Shown here piece after piece: positions 1 to 9,368 of a DNA stretch of 64,000 nucleotides. Under the pieces are notes generated by a model, which saw only the letters and a program-made list of their open reading frames with translations, was not told the DNA's origin and did not search any database. Location: positions 20,759 to 84,758 of the forward strand of contig JASLEG010000205.1 of NCBI GenBank assembly GCA_030151225.1, given 5' to 3'. Source of the stretch: Burkholderia sp. GTDB lineage: Bacteria; Pseudomonadota; Gammaproteobacteria; Burkholderiales; Burkholderiaceae. Both the position numbers and the translations under genes were made by a program. The stretch's first letter is position 1. Every line of letters begins with the position of its first letter.

Positions 1-497
1 TCGCGATGCGCCTGTTCGAGCTCGGCGTCTCGGCGCTCGAAAGCGTGGACCTCGTGCGCGAGGCCGATCTCGAGATGCGGCGCATCGCGGCGGCCACGCG
101 CGAGACGGTGCATCTCGGCGCGCTCGACGAGGACGCGATCGTCTACATCCACAAGCTCGATGCCGATTACGGGCTGGGCGTGCAGTCGCGCGTGGGCCGC
201 CGCAATCCGCTGCACAGCACGGCGATCGGCAAGGTGCTGCTGGCCTGGATGCCCGACGACGAACTGAACGAAACGCTCGCGCGCATCGATTTCAAACGGT
301 CCACGCCGCGCACGATCGCATTGGCGCAGGCGCTGCGCGAGCAGGGCTACGGCGCCGACGACGAGGAACAGGAAGAAGGCCTGCGCTGCCTGGCGGCGCC
401 GGTGTTCGATCGCTTCGGCAACGTGGCCGCGGCGCTGTCGATCTCGTCGCGCATCGGCTATCGCGGCGAGTGGCCGGGGCCGGCTGGCGCGCGCTGA
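1..497 (+). pseudogene. kdgR: IclR-family regulator, KdgR-like; 5' end outside window; apparent in-frame internal deletions
   Basis: Closely resembles KdgR (ETVHLGALDEDAIVYIHK, GRRNPLHSTAIGKVLLAW, EEQEEGLRCLAAPVFDRFG). The segment before REQGYG is short and the last helix after ALSIS is missing. Confidence 0.65.
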
Positions 498-507
498 GCC
501 GCGGGCA

Positions 508-1389
508 TCAACCCGCCCGCTCGCGCAGCGCCGCGCGCATGAAGGACACGAAGCCCGCCGTCACCGGATCGTGACGCGCCTCGGGCCACGCCAGGCCCAC
601 GCGCCATTTCGCGTCGCGGTCGCGCAGCTCGTGCACGGTGGCATCGCGCAGCAGATGGCGCGCGCCGGACGGAATGAAGGCCACGCCCGCGCCGGCCGCC
701 ACCGAGGCCAGCACCGACTGCACGTCTTCCGCCTGCTGCGTGACCAGCGGCACGAAGTCCCGCGCCCGGCACCAGCGGTCCACCTGCGCGGCGAGCCCCG
801 CGCCGCGCGAGCGCTGCAGCATCACGAAACCGATCTCGTTGAGCGCGTCGAGCTGCGCGGGCAGCTTCGCGTCGCGCAACTGCGGCGGCAGCGCGAACGC
901 GAGCCGCTCCTCGATCACGCGGAACGAGGCCAGCCCCTCGCTGCTCGGCAGGCGCATGAAGCCGGCATCGAGCTTGCCCGCGAGCATGCGGCGCGTCTGC
1001 TCGCCCGAGGACAGATCGCTGAGCGTGATCGACACGAGCGGATGGCGCCGACGATATTCGGCGATCAGCGGCGGCACCAGCGTCAGCACCGACAGGCAGA
1101 TGCCGATGCGCAGATGGCCGCGCCGGCCGCCGCTCGCCTCGCGGGCGCGCGCGAGGATCTCGTCGGCATCGCGCACCAGCGATTGCGCGTCCGCCACGAA
1201 GCTTTCGCCGAACGGCGTCAGCTCCGCGCCGTGGCGGCCGCGCTCGAACAGGCGGCCGCCCACGCTCGCCTCGAGCGCGCCGATCTGCTTGCTCAGCGCG
1301 GGCTGGCTCAGGTGCAGGGCGTCGGCCGCGCGCCCGAAATGGCGCAGCTCGGTGACGGTCAGAAAGGCACGCAGCAGTTTGAGTTCCAT
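508..1389 (-). CDS. LysR-family transcriptional regulator
   Basis: N-terminal LysR HTH (HFGRAADALHLSQPALSKQI), 293 aa. Confidence 0.95.
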   Translation of the reverse strand: MELKLLRAFLTVTELRHFGRAADALHLSQPALSKQIGALEASVGGRLFERGRHGAELTPFGESFVADAQSLVRDADEILARAREASGGRRGHLRIGICLSVLTLVPPLIAEYRRRHPLVSITLSDLSSGEQTRRMLAGKLDAGFMRLPSSEGLASFRVIEERLAFALPPQLRDAKLPAQLDALNEIGFVMLQRSRGAGLAAQVDRWCRARDFVPLVTQQAEDVQSVLASVAAGAGVAFIPSGARHLLRDATVHELRDRDAKWRVGLAWPEARHDPVTAGFVSFMRAALRERAG

Positions 1390-1460
1390 TCCGTGAGGTT
1401 ATCGGATCGATCGAAACATTCATTTTACGGATCGATCGCGAAAGCGTTCAATGGCGGCTC

Positions 1461-1745
1461 GTGAACCCGATCGCCGCGTGGCGGAAGAGGCCCCGGATGC
1501 TGGTCGAACCTTCGAATCAGGAATGTATCGCCGAAGTGGATGCCGAACCGGCCGAGCGGGCCGACGGCGATGTGGAGAAAAGATCGGCGCGCATCGGCCG
1601 CCGTTCGCGCAAGCGCTTCAGCGAGCCCGCCCTGGAACCGGGCGAACCGAGCGAACCGATCGCGGCGCCGCGCGTTCGCACCGGCTCGATCGCGCTGAGC
1701 TTCGCCGTGGTGTCGTTCCGCACCTGGCCGAAACGCGGGCTGTGA
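1461..1745 (+). CDS. Hypothetical protein, possibly degenerate
   Basis: 94-aa ORF divergent from the LysR gene; no recognisable family. Confidence 0.3.
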   Translation: MNPIAAWRKRPRMLVEPSNQECIAEVDAEPAERADGDVEKRSARIGRRSRKRFSEPALEPGEPSEPIAAPRVRTGSIALSFAVVSFRTWPKRGL

Positions 1746-1775
1746 AGCCTGACCCGTGAAGCAAGGGTCGAATGC

Positions 1776-2189
1776 TCAGGATGCCGACGCGTCGGCCAGC
1801 CCGTCCAGCACGCGCCGCGCGTTCTCGCGGCATGCCATCGAATCGGGCCTGCCCTCGATCTGCTCGATCAGCGCCGTGAGCCGCGAGCGGCTCAGCGCGA
1901 GCTGACGCTCCATCGCCTCGATGTCGGCCACCTTGGCGCGCAGCTTCGGCACGATGTCGTCGTGCCGCCAGTTTGCGAGATCGTCGGGCAGCATGCCGCG
2001 AATCTCGTCGAGCGAGAAGCCGGCCTGCTGCGCGCGCACGATCACGGTCAGCACGCGCTGCGCCTCGGCCGTGTATTCGCGGTAGCCGTTCGCCTGGCGC
2101 GTGGCCGCGCGCAGCAGCCCCCGCGCCTCGTAGAAGCGGATCCGCGAGGCGGCCAGCCCGCTGCGTTTCGCCAGTTCCCCGATCTTCAT
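1776..2189 (-). CDS. MerR-family transcriptional regulator
   Basis: MKIGELAKRSGLAASRIRFYEARGLL...NGYREY; GFSLDEI; coiled-coil C-terminus. Confidence 0.95.
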   Translation of the reverse strand: MKIGELAKRSGLAASRIRFYEARGLLRAATRQANGYREYTAEAQRVLTVIVRAQQAGFSLDEIRGMLPDDLANWRHDDIVPKLRAKVADIEAMERQLALSRSRLTALIEQIEGRPDSMACRENARRVLDGLADASAS

Positions 2190-2205
2190 CGCCGTGTGCT
2201 CCCGC

Positions 2206-2236
2206 TTGACATTGAAGCGAACTTTAAGCTTATCGT
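2206..2236 (+). promoter_or_regulatory. MerR-type promoter of the OYE gene
   Basis: TTGACA (2206-2211), a 19-bp spacer containing the dyad ttgaag-cgaa-ctttaa, then TATCGT (2231-2236). Confidence 0.8.
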
Positions 2237-2266
2237 CGGTGGCATTCAATGCGGGGAGCTACCGAG

Positions 2267-3502
2267 ATGCGCCTTTTCGAACCACTCGTCTTGCCGAACG
2301 GCGCGATCGTGCCGAACCGAATCGCCAAGGCGGCGATGGAGGAAAACCTGGCCGACGCGGATCACGCGCCGTCGGACGCGCTGCTGCGCCTGTATCGCGC
2401 CTGGGCTCACGGCGGTGCGGGCCTGATCCTGACCGGCAACGTGATGATCGACCGCCGCGCCATGACCGGCCCGAACGGCGTGGTGCTGGACGGCGACGCG
2501 CACCTCGGCCGCTTCCGACGCTGGGCCGAGGTCGCGCGCGCCGGCGGCGCGCAGGTGTGGATGCAGCTGAATCACCCCGGGCGGCAGATGCCGGCCGCGC
2601 TGGGCCAGCCCACCGTGGCGCCGTCGGCGGTGCCGCTCGAGATGGGCCGGTTCTCGAACCGCTTTCCGGTGCCGCAGGCGATGAGCGAGGCGCAGATCGC
2701 GGAGGTGGTGCAGCGCTTCGCGCGCGCCGCGCAACTGGCCGAGCGGGCCGGCTTCACCGGCGTGGAGATCCACGCCGCGCACGGCTATCTGCTGAGCCAG
2801 TTCCTGTCGCCGCTCTCGAACCGTCGCACCGATCGCTGGGGCGGCCCGCTCGAGCACCGCGCGCGGCTGCTGCTCGACGTGGTGCGTGCGGTGCGCGCGT
2901 GCGTGGCGCCGGGCTTTGCGGTGGCGGTCAAGCTCAATTCGGCCGATTTCCAGCGCGGCGGGTTCGACCCCGACGACGCGAGGCAGGTGGTGGCGATGCT
3001 GAATGCACTCGACGTCGACCTGATCGAGCTGTCGGGCGGCAGCTACGAGGCGCCGGCGATGCAGGGCGAGGCGCGCGACGGGCGCACGCTGGCGCGCGAG
3101 GCGTACTTCCTGGAATTCGCGGAGCGGATCGCGGCCGTGTCGCGGGTGCCGCTGATGGTGACGGGCGGCATCCGGCGGCGCCCGGTGGCCGAGCAGGTGG
3201 TGGCGAGCGGCGTGGCGATGGCCGGCATCGCCACCGCGCTGTCGATCGAGCCCGCGCTGCCGCGCCGCTGGCAGGCCGGCGAGGACGCCGCGCCGGTGCT
3301 GCGTCCGGTCACGCTGAAGAACAAGGTGATGGGCGCGATGGCCAGCATGGCGATGGTCAAGCACCAGCTCGTGCGCCTGAGCCGCGGGCGGCGCACGAAT
3401 CCGCACGTGTCGCCGGTGCTGGCGCTGATCCGGCAGCAACTGGCCGATGCGTGCCAGACGCGCCGCTACCGGCGCTGGTCGGCCGGCTGGACGGAGCGGT
3501 AA
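2267..3502 (+). CDS. NADH:flavin oxidoreductase (old yellow enzyme family)
   Basis: PNRIAKAAMEE, QLNHPGRQ, EIHAAHGYLLSQFLSPLSNRRTDRWGG. Confidence 0.95.
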   Translation: MRLFEPLVLPNGAIVPNRIAKAAMEENLADADHAPSDALLRLYRAWAHGGAGLILTGNVMIDRRAMTGPNGVVLDGDAHLGRFRRWAEVARAGGAQVWMQLNHPGRQMPAALGQPTVAPSAVPLEMGRFSNRFPVPQAMSEAQIAEVVQRFARAAQLAERAGFTGVEIHAAHGYLLSQFLSPLSNRRTDRWGGPLEHRARLLLDVVRAVRACVAPGFAVAVKLNSADFQRGGFDPDDARQVVAMLNALDVDLIELSGGSYEAPAMQGEARDGRTLAREAYFLEFAERIAAVSRVPLMVTGGIRRRPVAEQVVASGVAMAGIATALSIEPALPRRWQAGEDAAPVLRPVTLKNKVMGAMASMAMVKHQLVRLSRGRRTNPHVSPVLALIRQQLADACQTRRYRRWSAGWTER

Positions 3503-3507
3503 CGTGA

Positions 3508-3596
3508 GGCTGTAGAAAAGCTGCGATCAAGAAGCCAGCCTGAACAACCCAGAAATCAAAATCAGAATCATCAAAGACAGTAGAAAATCTACAGCC
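3508..3596. repeat. A-rich intergenic insert bounded by a 9-bp inverted repeat
   Basis: ggctgtaga (3508-3516) and tctacagcc (3588-3596) enclose an A-rich tract in a very GC-rich context. Confidence 0.45.
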
Positions 3597-3702
3597 AACC
3601 AGCAGAATTGATGATTCGACGCGGCCCGCCGCCCGGCCTACAGTGCAGCATGCACGCGGCGGCCACCATTCCGGCCGTCCGCCTTCATTCCGGGAGAAAA
3701 GC

Positions 3703-4407
3703 ATGTCTGCACAGAAAGTTGCGCTCGTCACGGCCGCCGGCAAGGGCATGGGCGCGGAAATCGCGCGCGAGCTGGCCGCATCGGGCTATCGCGTCGCGCT
3801 GATGTCGCCGTCGGGCAGCGCGGTGAAGCTGGCCGAGGAACTGGGCGGCTTCGGCCTGGCCGGCTCCGTCACCGAGGATGCCGACATCGAGCGGCTCGTG
3901 GCCGAAACGCTCGCGAAATACGGCCGCATCGACGCGGTGGTCAACAACACCGGCCATCCGCCCAAGGGCGATCTGCTCGCGCTCGACGACGCGCAATGGC
4001 ACCTCGGCCTCGACCTGATCGTGCTGAACGTGGCGCGCGTGCTGCGTCGCGTGACGCCGGTGTTCCAGCGGCAGGGCGGCGGCGCGGTGGTCAACATCTC
4101 GAGCTTCGCGGCGGATGCGCCCGAGCAGGCGATGCCGGTGTCGTCGGCGCTGCGCGCCGCGCTCAGCGCCTTCACGAAGCTCTACGCGGACCGCTACGCG
4201 AGCGAGCACATCCGCATCAACTCGGTGCTGCCGGGCTTCATCGACAGCTGGCCGGAAACGCCGGAGATCGTGGCGCGGATTCCGGCCGGCCGCTTCGGCA
4301 AGACGCAGGAGATCGCGAAGACGGTGGCCTTCCTGCTGTCGGACGGCGCCGGCTACATCACGGGGCAGAACATCCGCGTGGATGGCGGCATCGTGCGCGC
4401 GCTGTAG
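3703..4407 (+). CDS. SDR-family oxidoreductase
   Basis: ALVTAAGKGMG, VVNNTG, VNISS, YITGQNIRVDGG; RBS gggag upstream. Confidence 0.93.
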   Translation: MSAQKVALVTAAGKGMGAEIARELAASGYRVALMSPSGSAVKLAEELGGFGLAGSVTEDADIERLVAETLAKYGRIDAVVNNTGHPPKGDLLALDDAQWHLGLDLIVLNVARVLRRVTPVFQRQGGGAVVNISSFAADAPEQAMPVSSALRAALSAFTKLYADRYASEHIRINSVLPGFIDSWPETPEIVARIPAGRFGKTQEIAKTVAFLLSDGAGYITGQNIRVDGGIVRAL

Positions 4408-4428
4408 CTCGCACTGTCGGTCGCGCGC

Positions 4429-5052
4429 TCAGCGCAGCTGCACCACGGCCAGACACAGCACCATGCTGCCGATCGCGCCGTCCAGCACGCGCCACGCCAC
4501 GGCCTTGCGGAACCACGGCGCGAGCAGTCGCGCGCCGTAGCCGAGGCCGACAAACCACACCAGGCTCACCAGCATCGCACCCGCCGCGAACGCCGCGCGG
4601 GTGCCTTCGGCTTCGCGCGCGCCGGCCGTGCCGATCAGCAGGAAGGTGTCGAGATAGACGTGCGGATTCAGCCAGGTCAGCGCGAGCAGCGACAGCACCA
4701 CCGTGGAGGCGCGCTGCGCGGGCGGCTGCGCGCCGCCGGCCGGATTCGCCTCCAGCGTGGCGTGGCCGGGCTTCAGCGCGCGGCGCAGGGCACTGATGCC
4801 GAACCACGCCAGATACGCGAGCCCCACGTACAGCACGCCGTGGATGAAGGCGGGGTAGCGCACCACCAGCGCCGAGGCGCCGCCCACGCCGGCGGCGATC
4901 AGCAGCATGTCCGACAGCGTGCAGATCACCACGATCTTGCCGACGTGCGAGCGCATGATGCCCTGCCGCAAGACATACGCGTTCTGCGCGCCGATGGTGA
5001 CAATCAGCGACGCGCAAAGCGCCGCGCCATGAGAGAAGGCGATCCAGTTCAT
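4429..5052 (-). CDS. argO: LysE/ArgO-family amino-acid exporter
   Basis: IGAQNAYVLRQG, TWLNPHVYLDT; divergent from an ArgP-like LysR. Confidence 0.88.
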   Translation of the reverse strand: MNWIAFSHGAALCASLIVTIGAQNAYVLRQGIMRSHVGKIVVICTLSDMLLIAAGVGGASALVVRYPAFIHGVLYVGLAYLAWFGISALRRALKPGHATLEANPAGGAQPPAQRASTVVLSLLALTWLNPHVYLDTFLLIGTAGAREAEGTRAAFAAGAMLVSLVWFVGLGYGARLLAPWFRKAVAWRVLDGAIGSMVLCLAVVQLR

Positions 5053-5154
5053 ATCGATGGGGGAAAGTAGACTTGGCCTGCGAATGGCGCTAGTCTGCGG
5101 CTTCGCCATGCTTAAGCAAAGCTAATTTACCTAATGCCGATGAAGGAAAACTGA

Positions 5155-6045
5155 ATGCTCGACTACGCGTTGCTCGAGGCGCTGGCGGCGGTGATCCGAC
5201 ATGGATCGTTCGAACGCGCGGCCAGGGATCTGAACGTGTCGCCGTCGGCGGTGTCGCAGCGCGTGAAGCTGCTCGAGGAGCGCGTGGGCTCGGTGCTCGT
5301 CAAGCGCGGGCAGCCGTGCGTGGCCACCACCTCGGGCGCGCTGCTGTGTCGGCACACCGAGCGCGTGCAGCTGCTCGAGGCCGAGCTCTCGGGCCGTGCG
5401 CCGCATCTGCCCGGCGCGGTGGGCGCGTGGCCCACGCTGCGCATCGCCGTGAACGACGACAGCGTGGCCACCTGGTTCATCGATGCCGCGGGGCCGTTCT
5501 GCTCGCAGAGCGGCACGCTGCTCGACCTCGTGATCGACGATCAGGACTACACGGCGGAACGGATCCGCGACGGCAGCGTGCAGGGCGCGGTCACCGCGCA
5601 GGCGGAGCCGATCCAGGGCTGTCGCTCCACGCGGCTCGGCCGCATGCGCTATCACGCCGTGTGCTCGCCCGAATTCCACGCGCGCTATTTCGCCGACGGG
5701 CTCACGCGCGATGCGCTGCGCCGCGCGCCGTGCATCATGTTCAGCCCGAAGGACGGCCTGCAGGCGCGCTTCATCCGCCGCGTGACGCGCGCCGACGTCG
5801 ATCCGCCGAAGCACTGGATTCCGCACGTGGCCGGCTACCTGCGCGCGTGCGAGACGGGGCTGGGCTGGGGCATGTGCCCCGATCGCATGATCGAGAGGCA
5901 GGTGGTGGCCGGCGAGATGATCGACCTGTCGGCGGGGCGCAGCATCGACATCGAGCTGTACTGGCAGAGCTGGCGGCTGTCGATCGGCTGGCTCGACGAA
6001 TTCAGCAGCGTGCTGAAGGCCAACGCGGCGCGCTGGCTCGATTGA
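5155..6045 (+). CDS. argP: LysR-family regulator ArgP/LysG
   Basis: SFERAARDLNVSPSAVSQRVKLLEER, IAVNDDSVATWF, LYWQSWRL. Confidence 0.9.
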   Translation: MLDYALLEALAAVIRHGSFERAARDLNVSPSAVSQRVKLLEERVGSVLVKRGQPCVATTSGALLCRHTERVQLLEAELSGRAPHLPGAVGAWPTLRIAVNDDSVATWFIDAAGPFCSQSGTLLDLVIDDQDYTAERIRDGSVQGAVTAQAEPIQGCRSTRLGRMRYHAVCSPEFHARYFADGLTRDALRRAPCIMFSPKDGLQARFIRRVTRADVDPPKHWIPHVAGYLRACETGLGWGMCPDRMIERQVVAGEMIDLSAGRSIDIELYWQSWRLSIGWLDEFSSVLKANAARWLD

Positions 6046-6068
6046 TGACGAGGGAAGATCGGAAATGA

Positions 6069-6094
6069 AAACAGCGCCTCGAGGGGCGCTGTTT
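6069..6094. terminator. Probable bidirectional intrinsic terminator
   Basis: aaacagcgcc-tcgagg-ggcgctgttt hairpin between convergent argP and fnr-like genes. Confidence 0.7.
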
Positions 6095-6125
6095 GCCATC
6101 AAGCCTGTGAACCGGCTGCTGCGCG

Positions 6126-6872
6126 TCACACCGCACGCAGTTGGTCGAAATCGAGCACGCGCACGAGGCGGCCGTCCATCGCGATCAGCCCGGCGCGCGC
6201 GAATTTCGACATCGTGCGGCTGACGGTTTCGAGCGTGATGCCGAGATAGCTGCCGATGTCCTCGCGCGTCATGCGGATGTTGAACTCGCTCGACGAATAG
6301 CCGCGCTGCAGATAGCGCTTCGACACGTCCAGCAGGAAGGCGGCCACGCGCTCGTCGGCGTTGAGCATGCCGAGCACGATGGACTGCGCCGATTCGCGCA
6401 GGATCTGCTCGCTCATCAGCTTCAGCACGCGTGCCTGCAGGGAGGTGTTTTCGGTGCACAGCGTGCGCAGCGGCGAGTAGGGGATCACGCACACGGTGCT
6501 GTCCTCGAGCGCCACGGCGGTGCGCGTGTACTGGCTGTCGGCGATGCCGTCGAAACCGAGCGCTTCGCCGGCCAGATGCAGGCCCGTGACCTGCTCGCGG
6601 CCGTCCTGGCGGGTGGTGACCGATTTCAGCGCGCCCGATCGCACCGCATAGAGGTTGTCGAAATCGTTGCCTTCGCGGAACAGCGCATCGCCGCGGCGCA
6701 GCGGGCGGGCGGTGCAGATCACGGTTTCGAGGCGTTCCACGGCTTCGCTGCCGAGGCCTTGCGGCATGCAGAGGTGACGCATCGAGCAGGTGGAACATTG
6801 CGCGGTTTGCTGGGGGGACCAGGCGTGCGCGTGGCGGGGGCGTGAAGCATGCAGCGGAATCGGAGTCAGCAT
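6126..6872 (-). CDS. fnr: Crp/Fnr-family regulator with Fnr-type N-terminal Cys cluster
   Basis: CSTCSMRHLC, STVCVIP, TREDIGSYLGITLETVSR HTH. Confidence 0.9.
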   Translation of the reverse strand: MLTPIPLHASRPRHAHAWSPQQTAQCSTCSMRHLCMPQGLGSEAVERLETVICTARPLRRGDALFREGNDFDNLYAVRSGALKSVTTRQDGREQVTGLHLAGEALGFDGIADSQYTRTAVALEDSTVCVIPYSPLRTLCTENTSLQARVLKLMSEQILRESAQSIVLGMLNADERVAAFLLDVSKRYLQRGYSSSEFNIRMTREDIGSYLGITLETVSRTMSKFARAGLIAMDGRLVRVLDFDQLRAV

Positions 6873-6984
6873 GAAAAGCTCGCACTAGGAATTTCAACCG
6901 GTATTGTCCCACCGGGTTTTCCTGGGGCTGAGCGGCAAAACGCCGCGACGCAAAGTGCGTCGCGGTTGCGCCAGTTCAAGGCAA

Positions 6985-7467
6985 TCAGTTTTCCGAAGTG
7001 TCCGAGGCGTCGTCCGCATGCGCGGCGGCCGACGGAATCAGCAGCACCGGCAGCGTGGCCTGACGCAGGCATTGCTCGGCGATGCTGCCGAGCACGAGCC
7101 GCTTGAAGCCGCGCCGGCCGTGCGTGCCGAGCACGAGCAGATCGGCGCCGTATTCCTTCGAGGCGCCGAGGATCAGCGACGACACGTCGGCCAGCGTGGA
7201 CGCCTCGCCCGTGATCACGTCGCCGGCCACGCCCGCGTCGCGCATCTGCTGCGCGAATTCCCTGGTGAGATCGCCGCCTTGCGTGATCAGCTGCTGACGC
7301 AGCACCGACGGATCGTAGCCGGGGACGTTGTAGTAAAGCGCGGCGTTCTCGACGACGTAGAACGCACGCAGCGTGGCGTGCTCGGAACGCGTGAGCGCGA
7401 GGGCGGATTCGAATGCGTGACGCGAGGTTTCACTGCCGTCGACTGCAACGAAGATGCGCTGGTACAT
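6985..7467 (-). CDS. Universal stress protein
   Basis: MYQRIFVAVDGS...ADLLVLGTHGRRGFKRLVLGSIAE. Confidence 0.95.
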   Translation of the reverse strand: MYQRIFVAVDGSETSRHAFESALALTRSEHATLRAFYVVENAALYYNVPGYDPSVLRQQLITQGGDLTREFAQQMRDAGVAGDVITGEASTLADVSSLILGASKEYGADLLVLGTHGRRGFKRLVLGSIAEQCLRQATLPVLLIPSAAAHADDASDTSEN

Positions 7468-7906
7468 GGTGGCTCCGTGTGGCGTGTTGAGATCGGTGGA
7501 ACGGCGCGGCCCGAGGGTCGTGCCTCATTCCCGAGACGACTGCTGCGAGCGTATACGAACGATCCGTGCCGTGCTTCGTCGTGGATCAAGTGCCGTGCAC
7601 GACATTGTGCACGCAGGCGGGTGCGCCACGCCGGTTTCACGATATGGACATCTGACGACGCGCGGCTCGCGATCGGTGAAAACCCGTGTCGCCGCCCTGC
7701 GGGGGCCACCGCACGGTGCCGGCCGCGTGTGGGGTATCGGGAGGCATTTATTTCATCTGGAAGGCACCCGGTCGAGGGAGTATGATCCTTTCCGAGATGG
7801 CGCGGCGAGAGCGCGCCGGCCGCGGGTTTCCTGCCTGCAACGGGCGCCGCGGCACCCTAACGGACGTGAAGTGAACAAGAACGCAAGGGATTGGGTGGGA
7901 CGGCTC

Positions 7907-8143
7907 ATGCACTCGACGACATCGGCATTCACGCATCGCGGCTATCTGCTGAACTGCGCCCCGGCGCGCATCGGTGACGGCGCTTATCAACCCTACGTGG
8001 TGATCTCGCGCTCGAGCGACGGCGAACTCGTGGCCAATCGATTTTTCCCTTCCGATCTCCATTTCGGCGACGAAGATGCTGCGATCGCGCACGCGCGCGA
8101 CTGGGCCGTGCGCTGGATCGATGCGAGCAACATGACGGTGTAG
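7907..8143 (+). CDS. Small hypothetical protein (78 aa)
   Basis: MHSTTSAFTHRGYLLNC...WAVRWID; protein-like composition; ggga upstream. Confidence 0.65.
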   Translation: MHSTTSAFTHRGYLLNCAPARIGDGAYQPYVVISRSSDGELVANRFFPSDLHFGDEDAAIAHARDWAVRWIDASNMTV

Positions 8144-8336
8144 GAGGGCAGGGGCGCATCGAACGCTCCACGTGGCACAGCGCACCGACGTCCTCCCGCC
8201 CTCCGCGCCACCATGAACCCATTCCAACCGGGGGGCCGTTTTCACCAGGGCCGGTGAAACACGGTAATCTTGACCCCCTGTCACTCACCTTTCTCATCCG
8301 GCACGATCGTCGTCGCGGCGGTCGGCTGTCTGCACC

Positions 8337-9269
8337 ATGTCGAATTCGTCCGTGAGCCGTACCTGGGATCTGCAACAGATCGTCACCGAACTGCGCGAGT
8401 CGCGCGAATCGCTGCATCGCACGCGGCACCCGCGCGGCATTCGCGAGCTGCCCTCGCGTGACGCGATCTGCAAGATTGTGTCGGGCCTGCGTGCCTCGAT
8501 GTTTCCCACCCATTACGGCGCGCCCGACCTGACCGACGAGAGCGTCGATTTCTACGTCGGTCACACGCTCGAGAGCACGCTGCGCGTGCTGTACGAACAG
8601 ATCCGCCGCGCGCTGCCGTTCCTGAACGAATACGCGGACGCGCCCGAGAGCGAGATGGATCAGCGCGCGTACGAGATCGCGCACGCGCTCGGCCGTCAGT
8701 TGCCCGAGATCCGCGCGCTGCTCGTCAGCGACATCCAGGCCGCCTATTCGGGCGACCCGGCCGCGCAGCACATCACCGAGATCCTGCTCTGCTATCCGGG
8801 CGTGCTCGCGATGATGCATCACCGCCTCGCGCACGCGCTGCATCGCGCCGGCGTCACGCTGCTCGCACGCTTCGTCAACGAGATCGCGCACTCGGCCACC
8901 GGCATCGACATCCACCCCGGCGCCACGATCGGGCCGAGCTTCTTCATCGACCACGGCACCGGCGTGGTGATCGGCGAGACGGCCATCATCGGCGAACGCG
9001 TGCGCGTGTATCAGGCGGTCACGCTCGGCGCGAAGAGCTTCCCGGCCGACGGCGACGGCGCGCTCGTGAAGGGCAACGCGCGCCACCCGATCGTGGAAGA
9101 CGACGTGGTGATCTATGCGGGCGCCACGATCCTCGGTCGCGTCACGATCGGGCGCGGCTCGGTGATCGGCGGCAACGTGTGGCTCACGCACAGCGTGCCG
9201 CCGGGCAGCAGCGTGTCGCAGGGCAAGGTGCGCGAAGGCGAGCGCAGCGAAGGCACCGGCCAGGATTGA
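8337..9269 (+). CDS. cysE: Serine O-acetyltransferase (CysE/EpsC type)
   Basis: GDPAA, YPG, GIDIHPGATIGPSFFIDHGTGVVIGET, RHPIVEDDVVIYAGATILG hexapeptide repeats. Confidence 0.92.
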   Translation: MSNSSVSRTWDLQQIVTELRESRESLHRTRHPRGIRELPSRDAICKIVSGLRASMFPTHYGAPDLTDESVDFYVGHTLESTLRVLYEQIRRALPFLNEYADAPESEMDQRAYEIAHALGRQLPEIRALLVSDIQAAYSGDPAAQHITEILLCYPGVLAMMHHRLAHALHRAGVTLLARFVNEIAHSATGIDIHPGATIGPSFFIDHGTGVVIGETAIIGERVRVYQAVTLGAKSFPADGDGALVKGNARHPIVEDDVVIYAGATILGRVTIGRGSVIGGNVWLTHSVPPGSSVSQGKVREGERSEGTGQD

Positions 9270-9368
9270 GGCGGCGCGAGCGCGGCTCGCGTCGTGCAAA
9301 GGTGAGGATTTTCGGGAGCTGACGCATCGGGCGGGATCGGTGCGCCGGCCATCGCGCCGCGGCTCACC

